A DNA stretch of 64,000 nt from Schizochytrium sp. TIO01. Taxonomy: Eukaryota > Protista > Bigyra: Labyrinthulomycetes. A model generated the notes under the pieces. That model searched no databases, was not told the origin of the DNA, and saw only the letters and a program-made list of their open reading frames with translations. Where the stretch lies: the NCBI GenBank assembly GCA_004764695.1, contig SMSO01000035.1, positions 2,666,001 to 2,730,000 on the forward strand. The letters run 5' to 3'. Position numbers and translations under genes: made by a program. This document shows, in pieces, positions 34,467 to 46,490 of this stretch (within the stretch, counting starts at the first letter, position 1; every line of letters begins with the position of its first letter).

Positions 34467-36496
34467 CTCATTTTCAATGAGTAAAGGCGAATAAATAAAG
34501 ATAAACTCACATTCACATTGTAACTAGCTAACTACCTACCTATAACTCAAGTTTGGGTAGAAGATAGCGCCTCTCTAAATCGTCGAGTTGAGTGAGTTCT
34601 GTTCTTTCATCATTTCCCCTTTTCTTTCTTTTTCTTCGTGCACCCACCTCCTCCTCAATCTCAGTCTCAATCCCAGAACCGGCTCGAGAAATGACGATTG
34701 ATTGGAGATCGATCACCAAATCTTGTCTCGAGAAACGAGCCTGAGCGAATGAGTTGGTTTCTCACGAGGCGCTCGTCCAACCCATCTTTTTCCCGCCCCT
34801 TCCTTTCAAGTCTCCAGAGGCGCGAGTCCTTCGTGGAATCTCTTCTTTCGTTTCCTCCAAACAAGCTGCCTCGAGATCGACCAATCTCAATCTCAATCTA
34901 TCCATGAATGAATGAATGAATCAATCAATCAATCAATCAATCAATTCCTCAGTTTAGCGCGATTCTCGTGGACACCGGACGGCCCTTTCTTAGTACCCTC
35001 TGCGGCTCAGAGAACATCTCGCGCGCGTGCGGTGGGCGTCTGTCCTGGCCAACTCGGACAGAGGGCCGCTCTTGTCCTGCTCCGCCCTTTGCTTTCTTTG
35101 CTTCATCTGTCTCTCTGTCTCTCTGTCTCTCTGTCTCTCTGTCTGTCTGTCTCGTTCTCGTCCTCATCGTCCTCGTCGTCGTCGTCCTCGTCATTGTCCT
35201 CGTCGTCATTCCCGCTCACGCTTTGCCTGATTCTGAGCCTTTTGGGCGCCTCAGTTCTCAGTTCTCTGAGTTCGGTTTGTTCTTGTTCTCAGGCCAAGAA
35301 CGCGCACAAGAACACTTACTGTTCAGAAGAGGTAAGTAAGTAAGGTCGTAAGTAATTAAGTAATCAGTTAAGAAAGTAAGTGAGTGAGTGAGCGAGTAAA
35401 AAATTCACTAATTCAATGGTTTTTGAATAAAACTAAGTGCTGATGGAGTGTTCTTTGAGAATAGAGAGAGAACGCGCATCGACGGCGAGAACGGGCAGCC
35501 ATGACATGACGGCATACCATATGCCTGCCTGCCTGCCTGCCTGCCTGCAAGAGCGTAGAGATCTGCGCATCCTCAGGGTTCATTCGCGACTCGCCCACGC
35601 GCTCGCTCTGGACTGGCGACCTGGGCTGCGGCACGTTTCGTGAACTTGGCTGCGCTTTTGGGGTTGGTCCCATGCGATAGATATCCGCTCTTGGAAATCA
35701 CTCACTCACTCACTCACTCGCTCACTCCGCGGACTTTTCCTCAGCGAGGCCTCTCTAAATAATGAATGGTAGAACTGCAGAAGGCTTTCAAGAGGGACCA
35801 GAACCCGACCAAGAGCGACCTGGAAAAGATCACGCTCTCCGCCATGCCGCTCGCTCGCTCGCGCGTGCCGCACACCCCTGCAAGCACGTAGTCATCGCGC
35901 TGGCTGGCTGGCTGGCTGGTCTCCCCGCCATTCCTGCGTCTTCTCAAGACCGCCTTCGACCGTCGCTGCACAAGCAAGCAAGCAAGAATCGTGGTTCGCA
36001 AGAACTGGCCATCGCCAATAATTCCATTGCCCCCGTTTCCATCATGTCTTCGAAGCCGCTTCTAAATCGATAGATCGATGCCAACAATAACTAAAGATCC
36101 ATTCCAATTCAGCAGTCACGAAAGTCGTGGAAAATCTTTTTTGAAGAATAAGAAGAACCAAAACCAAAACCAGAAGAAGAACAGAAAAGATCATTTTAAA
36201 AAAGAACACCAGGCGTGCTAGGCAGGGCGGTAGGCACTGCTAGGGTTCCGTTCAAGAACGCAGGGAGTGGGGTCGAATGGCACAAATGGTACGGCGAGCT
36301 TGACAGCGATTCTCTCGCGTCACAGGAATCTTGGTGGCCGTGTGTGTGTGCACATGCAAGCATGCCTGTCATGCAGCAATTCTAGGGCTTGGGCCGGTCA
36401 GTCAGTCTGCGGCCAGCGGTAGGTTCTTCTGCTGCCACGACCGATCCCAGCGCATCTGTCGCGAGTGGTCGTTCATTTCGCTGTCTCGTTCGCAGA

Positions 36497-36572
36497 AATG
36501 AATGAATTTATGAATGAATTTATGAATGAATTTATGAATGAATTTATGAATTTATTTATGAATTTATTTATT
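36497..36572. repeat. 12-bp minisatellite (ATGAATGAATTT)n
   Basis: About 4 units plus ATGAATTTATTT variants. Confidence 0.9.
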
Positions 36573-38785
36573 TCGGGGGACCCAAGTGAACAGAACAAAG
36601 GGAACAGAACACCTGCTTGAAAATCGTCAGAGAAGGAAACGAACCAGAGAACGAAGAAGTAACTCCATGAAGCGGAGCAACTCCATTCTGGCTGGCAATG
36701 GCAGTGCAATAGCGGCGCAGAAGAGTGAGACTGGAGTCCAACGCACAGTACATTGGATCGAATACCGTGTACACGACAGAGGCAGTCTCCGCGTAAGAAG
36801 GCTGATTTTTACCTATTCTGGTTGTTTGAAGCCTACTTTTCTCTTTAAAACTCTTTAAAACTCTTTAAAGCATAGTATATATATTTTTTAATTAAAAAAA
36901 AAAAAAACGTTGTTCTTTTCATGTATGAATTGTGTATTATTTTAAAAAATAAGCATAATGATATTTCTCATCTTAATTGCAGCCCGAGGCCACGATTCTA
37001 TTTCAATCACCTTCTTTCGAAAGCTTGAGAGAAACTCGCCACGTTTGCTGCAAACGATCGTATCTCGTGTCTTTTCAACAGTCTATTTTACAACATCAAA
37101 AGAAACTGGAAAACATGACGCAGAAAGACAGATACTGTTATTATTGCGGGGTAGTAATTACATACATTTCTTGAAATGCCGTGAGGTGGGTTGGAGAGCG
37201 AGTTCTTTAATTCAATCAAAGGAAGCTGTCTAAACTCATCAGAGACCTTGACGACACCTTAGTTTCCAAATGGTCTCGAACGGGGGTCGGTGGGTGGCAA
37301 CAGTAACAGTAAGATTGACTGACTCACAGAGCGTTCCACTATGAGGATTTGCTCCTCCTCAGGAAAAGCAGCACAAAATCATTATTCTGGAGTTAGCATT
37401 TTTTAACCTGCTGTCTTTCCCTTGCCTTTATCTACTATCTGATGAAGAAGATTACTTCAAGTTACTTACTTACCCACTTACTTACTTACTCACCCACCCA
37501 CTTACTCACTCACTCACTCACGTGTCACACTTCGTTTTCTTGAAGGTCTCAATATTTCAAATTTCCAACAAAACAAAAAAAGAACATAAGAAAAGCAATG
37601 GAAACCTTGTCACGATGCATGCATGCCTCTAGAGGGCCCTAGGAGCCGTCTATCTGTTGTACCTGTAGGTACAAACATCAATCAATAAAACGAAAGCAGG
37701 AAGAGAAAGTATTAAAAGGTGAGGATACCATAGTAGTACATCATACAGAAGAGGCTTCGCTAGGGCCGGGACGAGAGTCGACTGCGCGAAAAGGCTAAAG
37801 AGGGACAAGCAGCCGCGGCCCTGCGCTAGTATGCGCGTGTATTCGAATCTGAGTTTTGGACAACCATTGGGACGTGGCAAGTTTTTGAAAAAGAAAATAA
37901 ATAAATAAATAAATAAATAAGCAAGCACTCAACGAATTCGTGGCCCCAAGAGCTTTGCAAAACCTTGCAAAAACTTGTTGAGACTTCGCAAAGCTTTGCG
38001 AAGCTTTGCTGTAGGCGACCTTGAGCTTGAGGCAGGTCACTCACGCCGTAGCGAGCAAGGTCCCGGTAAGGCCAGTGCAGGGCGCCTCTTGAAAATCACT
38101 TGTTTTGCTTAGAAGTCCCAGGAGACCAGGTGGAACTACGTAGACTTTTCTTTAGCACGGCACCGTAAGTGAAAGTAGCGAATGATGATATGATAGCAAA
38201 GAACAAGAACAAGAGGAACAAGAACAAGAGGAACAAGAACAAGAACAAGAACAAGAAGAATGGAAATGTAAAGACCACGGACAGCTGTAGCTCGAGGGAA
38301 TAAGAATCGAGCGCGGAGCTTCAGTGGCGATTCCATATGCATCTGCGGCCCTAGGGAGGTCGAAGGCGTCTCTTCTCCAGCAAAGCACTTGGATCATCGG
38401 ACTTGTTTGGCCTGCGAATTTCATTTCCATTGTGTTATTTTAAAACTTTGTTGTTGCTGTTTTTGTTCCTGACTTGGTTGGATATTTGAAAACAAGAGAA
38501 ATCCTACTTGTTGAAAGAGGCAGAAAAACTGACCGTTCAGGTTCCAGTTCATGAATAGTCCTTAATGTCTTCTCTCTGTCCCTCTGTTACAAAGGCACCA
38601 AAAAGTCGTTTGAATCCCTGAATGAACGGTTAGCTTTTCATGCCTTACAAGCCACAGGGCAGCGGAGACTGCTGTTCAAAAACGATGGCCACGCGAAGCG
38701 AGCAAGAACAACCAATCGCTTTGGAGCTCGAGGCCCTCGGTTTCCACGAAGCACCCACTCACTCACTCGCTGGAGATCTAGTTCG

Positions 38786-40261
38786 ATGGCGGCAGAGGCT
38801 TCTGAAACGAAGGTTGCCGTGGTCACTGCACTGACCTACTCACTGACAACATTTCAAGACACGGGCATCTTGAGCACGAGCGAATGTAACGGTTGGGCGA
38901 CACTGGGTTTCAAATTCGAAACGAGGGCTGACCTGCCGAGAGGTGCCGATCTCCTTGTCGAGATGCGCGACGGCCCATCATCCATTTCGCTCATCTCTCC
39001 TCCGGCGTGCACAGCGAAGAGGCGAGGAGACGATCTTTGGGCAAGCCTGGATGGATAGGTCAATGATCTCGCACGGTCTGCAATTTCGCTCCCTCGCTCG
39101 CTCGCCCGAAGCAACGAACTATCGACGGTGGATCAAATCGCTCGCTTGCTTGGGGAAGGGCGCTGGAGCCGCCTGTGGAGTGAATTTCCAAGGACACGCG
39201 CTCGAATTTTGCTTGCTCGAGCGACGGTTACCGGAGTTACTGCAGGCCATGTCGTTCAAGATGGCTCTGCTCTTGTGCTTTTGCTTGAAGAGCTCGTCGC
39301 GAAGAAGAACTCTGCTCGAGCCCGGAGCTTCTCCAGATTCCGCGAGCAGGTCGACGCAAGGTCGTCGTCGGCAGTTGTGGCCTACAGAGGTTGCAGGTGC
39401 CCGTTGCTCGACCACGAAGCTCGCGCAGTCCATGAGAGACAGCCGGGCTTACGAAGGAGAGAAGGATGGCAACGGAATGCGGAGCTCTGGAGATTAATTA
39501 CAAGGGCGAGTACGCAATGTCTTTCTTTCCTGTGTCAACTTGGATCAATGAACAGTAGACGGCGAAAGCGATGGCGAGGTGATGGACAATTATCCATGCC
39601 AGCCAACTAACTGCTCTTGAGATCGCAGCTGGGGCCAGCGAGTGCGCACGACCGAATAGACATTCGACAGCGAGCAAGTTTTGCTCCGAAGGCAAGGAAT
39701 GAGCTGCCAAAATGTGCAGGGCAATGATATTTGATGCCTGCTCCCTGTGCGGGCGCTACGTTTCTCTTGGTTTGTCTAAGCTCGAGACAAAATTATAGGC
39801 TTGTTTCCTCCTCTGCGATGCGTTATTTCTACAACGTTTGCGCGCAAACAATCGCTGAAGAATTGAAGCTATCCTATCGCAAATTTAGCAAACTCTACAT
39901 GGACAAACAAGAGATCTTTCAAGTTTTGGGGTACTTGGACGAGGACGAGAAATTACCAGAGACTTTAGCTGACTCGAAACTTCGAACACAGGCTACAGGA
40001 ACCTAGAGGTGTACCTATCTATCATGGCGGCGCCATGTCCGCCTGAAGTTTGTTTGCATTTGTGAGAAAGGCAGAAACCAGGTAAAAGCTAACTTAGCTT
40101 TAAGGAGGTCCAAGTGCATCTCGATGTACCAAAAGGAAATAAAAACCAACTTTGACGGCTTGATACACGTTCATAACGTTCATAAAACCCATTTGAAGAG
40201 AGATGCGGCTGCTTTCTCTGCCCATGGCATCAGCAGCCGCAACATGAATTTTAAACACTGA
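38786..40261 (+). pseudogene. Decayed ~490-codon reading frame with four internal stops, unidentified
   Basis: ORFs 38786-39058, 39128-39610 and 39731-40006 share a frame, which stays open to TGA at 40259-40261. Internal stops occur only at ~39058, 39610, 39727 and 40006. Confidence 0.6.
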
Positions 40262-42038
40262 TTGCTCACGAGTTAGTTTATGTTTATCGTTATGTGTTAT
40301 TGATTTTTATTTATTATTTTTAAAATAAAAATATTTTATTCCTAAATCAGCAACGTACAACCCAAGGCTCAACAATTATCTTCGTGCCTCTGCTTCTCCC
40401 AGCAATTCAAAAGAATAATAAGAACACGCTCCCACAGGCCACGACGCAAACCCGCAGTGAAACGGCTTCTGTTTAAAACCGTTGATTAGGTGCAACAGGG
40501 TGCCTCGGTACCCTTTTCGCATAATCCATATGAAGGCCCGTTCCCGCCAGGAAAAGAACTTTAGAGCTTTGACAAGGGGGTTTAAAATTATCCTGATAGC
40601 TCTTTTTTTCTTTTTAAAGTTTTTTTAAAAACGTTTTTTTTTTTTTAAATTTAAATAAAATAAAATAAATTAAACAAAATAAAAAGCCTACTTCTTCACA
40701 TTTCTTTAAATGCAATAAGAACCCATGAGTGAGTGAGTAAATGAGTGAATGGATGAATGAATGCATGGCAGGCAATGGAACGCTCCGTTCCGATTCATAA
40801 AAAAGCATGAAGAAGAAGCTCAAGTTCTGTGCAGATGAAATAAAAGTCTATGAAACGAGAAAACATTTTTACAGCTTCTAGTGCTTATCGTATCATAGGA
40901 AGAAGGCAGAGGTACTTCCCTTCCCGACGATTGAGTGGGGTAACAATTTTCAGACTATAGATCTACGCCTTCTGACGCTTTATACATCTGCATAGATGCA
41001 AAAAAGTTCTGCGAGAGAAAGCCTTCCACAACAGAAAAGAACCTGACAGATCCTGGGCTATGCGCCACAGTAAGTACTAGATCTGCCTTATTATCCTCTT
41101 TATTGCACGAACGATACTACCCGCAAGCAAGAATTAAAGAAAGGAAGCTAACGCCGGCAATTCACTTGAGCTGATTGCTTTCTCTCTCTCCTCCCCGAGA
41201 GCGCTCTCGTTGTTCCTCATGCAGCAATTCAGAAAAAAAGAAAAGGCTTCGACAGCCTACAGAACACATAAACCCATGAATCCATACATAAACCCATCAA
41301 AACACCATACATACAAACGAACGAACACCTGTGAGCCTTTGCGTTTTCGAACATCTGTGTCTCTGTGGTTGAGCCCAAAGAAATTTGGGACTGACTCGTT
41401 TAGGTTTCTTTCGAGGCAGTTCGGACTCGATTGAAGATTCGCGTTGCACGTTCTGCACTCCATTGGGCCAAACTGCGTGAGAGTGCTTTCTTTGCTTTCT
41501 TTCCTTCGCTTCGCTCTTCGTCGTAGCAGCAGACAGAGGTCTCCGCTTTCCCTGGCGGCCGTTGAGCCTTACTCCGGAGACGGCGAGCGCAAGCAAGTAG
41601 CAGCCAGAGGTCGATCTTCGACCCTGCGCTCGTTCTCGTTCTCGTCTCCACGGCCAGAAAGCTAGCTCCAAGGTTTTCCACGCAGGACGGGAAGGCTCGT
41701 GCATCTCCGCCGTTCCCGAGTTTTGTTGTTGTTTGCGGCGCTCCCGCCGTGGCCATGAACTCTTTTGAAGAGCAGGATCTTCAACCCCACTTCCTTCGCA
41801 CGATTGCTGACACCTAAACTCCCTCACGGCCCGGAGGGCTTAAGCCCCATCGCGGCAGCGCTGGCACGCGGAATCGCCATCGCCGTGGCTTGCTTTCTTC
41901 GGGCTGATGAGCGAGCTGCTGCCGAGTTTGCCGTCGTTCATCGTGTCAGCAAGTTGTCGATCTTGCTTTGCCGCGGACTGGACTTCTCCAACCTGCGACA
42001 CGATTGGGACGAACGTATGCCTACGACCAGTGACACAC

Positions 42039-42071
42039 GAGGAGGAGGAGGAGGAGGAGGAGGAGGAGGAG
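42039..42071. repeat. (GAG)11 microsatellite
   Basis: Perfect array. Confidence 0.95.
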
Positions 42072-45000
42072 GGCCGCGGAGATCGCACAACTGTTCGCGT
42101 CTGCCACCTATTTGCAGCTCCAAGAACCGGAACTGCTGTCTGCTGCATCTCGTAGTTTTCATTGATTCCCGCGTCAGTTCTCTTTCTGCGAGTTCTCGTC
42201 TGACTAAGCTAAGTTCGCCGCGTTCTTCTCCGCCTCCCCTAAAGCTTCGAGCTCTCGATCGATTTGAAAATTGCCGTTCGTTACTCTTTCAAATCTGTGC
42301 TTTTCGCCGACTCGAATCCTGTTTTGTATTGTATTGTATTGTGTTGTATTGTATACTGTTCTGTTACAACTGTTCTTAAAAGTGGTCCCATTTTTATCTG
42401 TTTCACTCATCAATTAAACGCTTCGAACATTTATAACTTATTCAGAAAACCCTTAAAAGCAAGCGGCGGCTCACGGCCTCCTTGTCCTGCTGCACGTTCT
42501 GCGTAGACGGTCACTCACGCACACGCGTCTTCGGCAGTCACGGCGCTGTTGCATCGATTCCAATGCCAATCTGAGATGTATATCGTAACGCGTCTGAGGT
42601 GGTAAGTAGTACACTCCCTCCGCCAAAAGCTTCGCCGCCGCTCCTAGTCAAGCGCCTATGTGTGGCTAGGAGCCAAGGCAAAGCTGATTCCGATGTGGAG
42701 AGAAAGGAAGAGCAGAATAGGCGATCGATTGATCTTTTCGTGGGCAGCGCCAAAGGCAAAGTAAGGTCAAAATCCAGGGCAACCTCAGTCGAATGAAGCT
42801 GCTGCTGCCAAGGACCATGGTGGTCAAGTGTAGGCAGGTGAAGCTCGAACGCGGTCGTCTTTTATAAAAAAACAACACCAAACGCGAACGGTCTGCACGC
42901 CAGTCGTTATTTCCAGTCCTGTTTCCAAACGATTCGAGCGCGAGACGTTGGAAATTTTGGCAGCGTAATGATTCGTTCATTCGATCTTTCATCCTTGGAT
43001 CAAGTAGAGGGAACCTACCTGAGGATACGTAGGCCATCGATCGATTAATAAAACGAGCACGGCCAAACCAGCACGCAGAATGGCCTACATTACGAATCAA
43101 TCAAACAATCCAATGAATGAATGAATGAATGAATGAATTAAATCAAATCAATACATCAATACATCAATCAATCAACAATTCGATCAACATGGAAATAAAC
43201 AGATCTAGAATAAATACGTTTTTGGAGCCTGGCGCAGATGCTTCGAGCGCATCACAGTAATACTTGCCTGCGACTGATCTTAGATTGCTTTGAAATCATG
43301 AACTCCAAGCCTCCTGCAACCAAATAGAGACGGTGCGTCTTGCTAACTTCGCTATCTACCCTATGTGTGCAGAAACAAACACGTAGCTTTTTAATTTAAT
43401 TAAAAAAACGCTTTTCAAGTAATAAATAAATAATTAAATAAATACAGAACAGAATGGACCAGAAAAGAACACGGAACGGCTGGAACGTGGCGGCCTTGGA
43501 ACACGAGCGTGAAAGGAATGCCTTGAGAGATGTACAAAGTGCTTCCATTACACAGAAGCGAGGAAAGGGCGCTTCCTAAGAGAGGCCGTCTCGGAGAAAG
43601 ACTCCGCCGCCCCCTCATAACAGTCGCGCCCCTATGACTACCGGTCTTTGCTTGTTCGAGTCGAGGGATAATTGGTTGTAGGTATTTTTACCTTTTGGGG
43701 GATGAAAGAAGAAAAGAAACAGCAAAACAAACTCAAATTTTGTTCTTCCTTCATTTCGAGTCTTCGCCAACTTGACTCTCTCTCTCTCTGTGTGTGTCTC
43801 TTTCTCTTTCAACTCTTTCTTTTACGTATTACTTATTAGGTTTTACGTTGCTTCTCCTTCCTACGAGCGCGGCCACTCCCCAGAGACTTCTTTCTGTCTT
43901 CCTCTTTATGCAAACTCGCAAAAGCTTTGATGGGTTTGTCCCAAACTGAGGATGAAAAGGTGGTTTATTAGTCGAAAATAAAACTTACTTGTTTAGTATT
44001 AATTTTAATTTTAATCGAGTCAGAATGTTTCTGAAAAAGAGGGAACCGCCCTATGTAAAGCAGAGAGAAGTTCTCTTCTTCTTCTTCTTCTTCTTCTTCC
44101 TATTAAAAAGAATGTTGTTCTTTTCCTTGGGCACTGAAATGTGTTGAAAGAACATAATTAAAATAAAAGAAAAAACGTTCTATTGAAACTTAAAACAAAA
44201 ATGATAATACTTCTCATTTTTTTCAAAAGTTATATAATATTTTTGTTGTATTAATTTAAAAAACAAAACATAATTTAAAAAACAAAACATTATTGTGTAT
44301 GTTGACGTTCTTTTCTCAACAGCTCGTTCTATTTCCAATAAATATATATATTTATTTTAAAAATCATTTATTGAAAATAAAAAAAAGAAGTGAAGAACAT
44401 CATAAGTTCTTGAAAGAACTAATAATATGGTACTATGTTAATATTAAACAAAGGAGTACATTTTGGAAAAGTTCTTAACGTTCCAGGTGTTGCAGGCGTT
44501 CTCGGGCTGCTGGATTTTGTAAACAAAGATGAGCGTGCGCTTCGTTTTGTCTCAACCTCACCCTTTGCACCCACGCTCGCCTCATGATGATGACGGCACG
44601 AGCAACTAGAGTGCCAGTACGGCTATCATTCCCAGCTCCACTTAACCAGCTCTGTCCAAGAAAAGAACCTTCTGGCAAACGCCACCCACGCCCGCAAAGG
44701 CCGTAGGAAAGAGTGTTCTGCACGTGCCGTCAGATTTCGATGGCTCTAGATTCTTGGGTTCCTTGAGGAGGCCATACTAGAGAGATTATAATTCCACTGC
44801 CACTGACAAGCGGTGTACTTGAAGCTGCGCGTGCTTTGCAACTAGGTCGAGAGACTGAGCAGCGCTGGAGCTAGTAGGAGTAGATCAACCGCGAAATTGT
44901 GCTCGAAGAAATTCTAGCGACTGTGCGGGGTGAATTCATATTTTGGCTAGCTAGTTGACTGCGACATCGTCGTCGTAGCTGGTAGAGGCAGTGACTGGCC

Positions 45001-45929
45001 TCTTGAAGGCTCCTCCTCTTATGACGCTTCGCAATCGGAATTGTAGAAGACGCCTGCTTGAAGATTAAGATGAACGCTGGCCGCGAAGGAAAGACCTGGA
45101 CGTTCATATTACAATCTTGGGAGCCGCTGCGGAAGGATCTGAATCAGCATGCATATTAGAAATTCCCGTGATTTCTTCAACTTGAAGGTCTCAGGGCATA
45201 AGCAGATTCTTGTAAGAGGGCTTGCAGAATTTGCAGAATAGAAAAATGTTTGGCCTCCGCGCGTGAATACTATGAACTTGATGAACCACAGTTTGTTTTA
45301 TTTTCTGGAAATCAGTTCGAAACCCTATTTGCAAATAGCTTTGTTATATTCTTGTAACTTACTATTGGCGTTTATTTCTTGAGGAGCTGTTTCATAATAA
45401 GTTCTTGTGTGTCAATTCTGTACAGAGAGTGTGACCTTTTCGATTGAGCAGAAAAAAAGTGAAACTATAAATATAGACAGCTTGGACTGAGGTTGACTTT
45501 GTTCTTGTGTTATTTGTGCTGCACATATGGTGGTGCTTCAAACCTCTAAGTTTCTTTGTTTTTCTAAAAGCAAATAGACAGTTCGAGGTTGAAGTGGATC
45601 TCTGCGTCCAGTACATTGTGATTGAAGCTCTTGAATGTTTTTCAAGCGTCACAATATGACAGGAACACCTTTTCTGCGAAGAAGGGCCTGCTGGAGAAGC
45701 AAAAAGAAAAAGACGTTCCGATGCCAACAGTGCACGCTATGGCTACCTTTTGCTAACTACGATCACTTCGGTTGCTGCAAACAATTACATTTTACATTCC
45801 ACTCTATCCTACAGTATGCTCGTGGTCTACATTCGTGTAGAATGGCTTCTCTTTAAACCATTGTACCACTTTGTAGAGCAATCAAGCAGAAAGACAGTGC
45901 GCCGTTTTAAGTTCTTACATCTTGCAAGT

Positions 45930-46490
45930 AACTTTTATGCAGCTCTCTGCTCTGCTCTGCAGCACTCTTCATACCTACTGCGAGTCTCGGCGCGCTGTCT
46001 TTGTGTGCACGCACCTCGCTCCCTTGTCTCCTTCCCTAATTTTCTTGGTAGTGTGTGAAGGATTCTTTGGTGCAAGAGATTCACTCAGCCTGTTGTGCAG
46101 CCACTTCCTTCGCAGATTGGGCAGCACCTGGTAGCTTCTTTCACTTACAGAAGCAATGAGCTTCTCGCAGACGAACCTAAAGCAGCACAGCCGTAACACA
46201 ACTCAACACCGGCCTTTCGCACCTTTTCGCACCTATCGCACATATAACACAGGTAGCTCTGTATAGAAAAGGCGAGGGAGCGCACATTTGCGATGCTTTG
46301 GCTGCTTTGCTTGCTTTGCACTCTGTGCACTATACTGCCATAATCAATATCAGGAGATCCATCCCAGTTGGCAGAACACGTCAAAACCACTAGGTTGAAA
46401 TTCTGCAATATTCTTCCACAGATATCCGGTTCAGGCCTTCGCAGGTTCATTACTAAGAGCAGTCCAGTCCCCAGCGCATATGGTTTGATT
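45930..46490 (-). pseudogene. Possible decayed Cys-rich (CxxC) coding fragment
   Basis: One frame reads ...LCYMCDRCEKVRKAGVELCYGCAALG...*VKEATRCCPICEGSGCTTG*... across isolated stops. Confidence 0.3.

Noticed and set aside
38786-45200. Stop-codon reassignment or readthrough as the explanation for interrupted frames, including several in-frame TAGs at 44.6-45.0 kb
   Set aside because: Intact genes in the window end in TAA, TAG and TGA, and the 38786 frame is broken by all three stop types. This fits decay rather than recoding.
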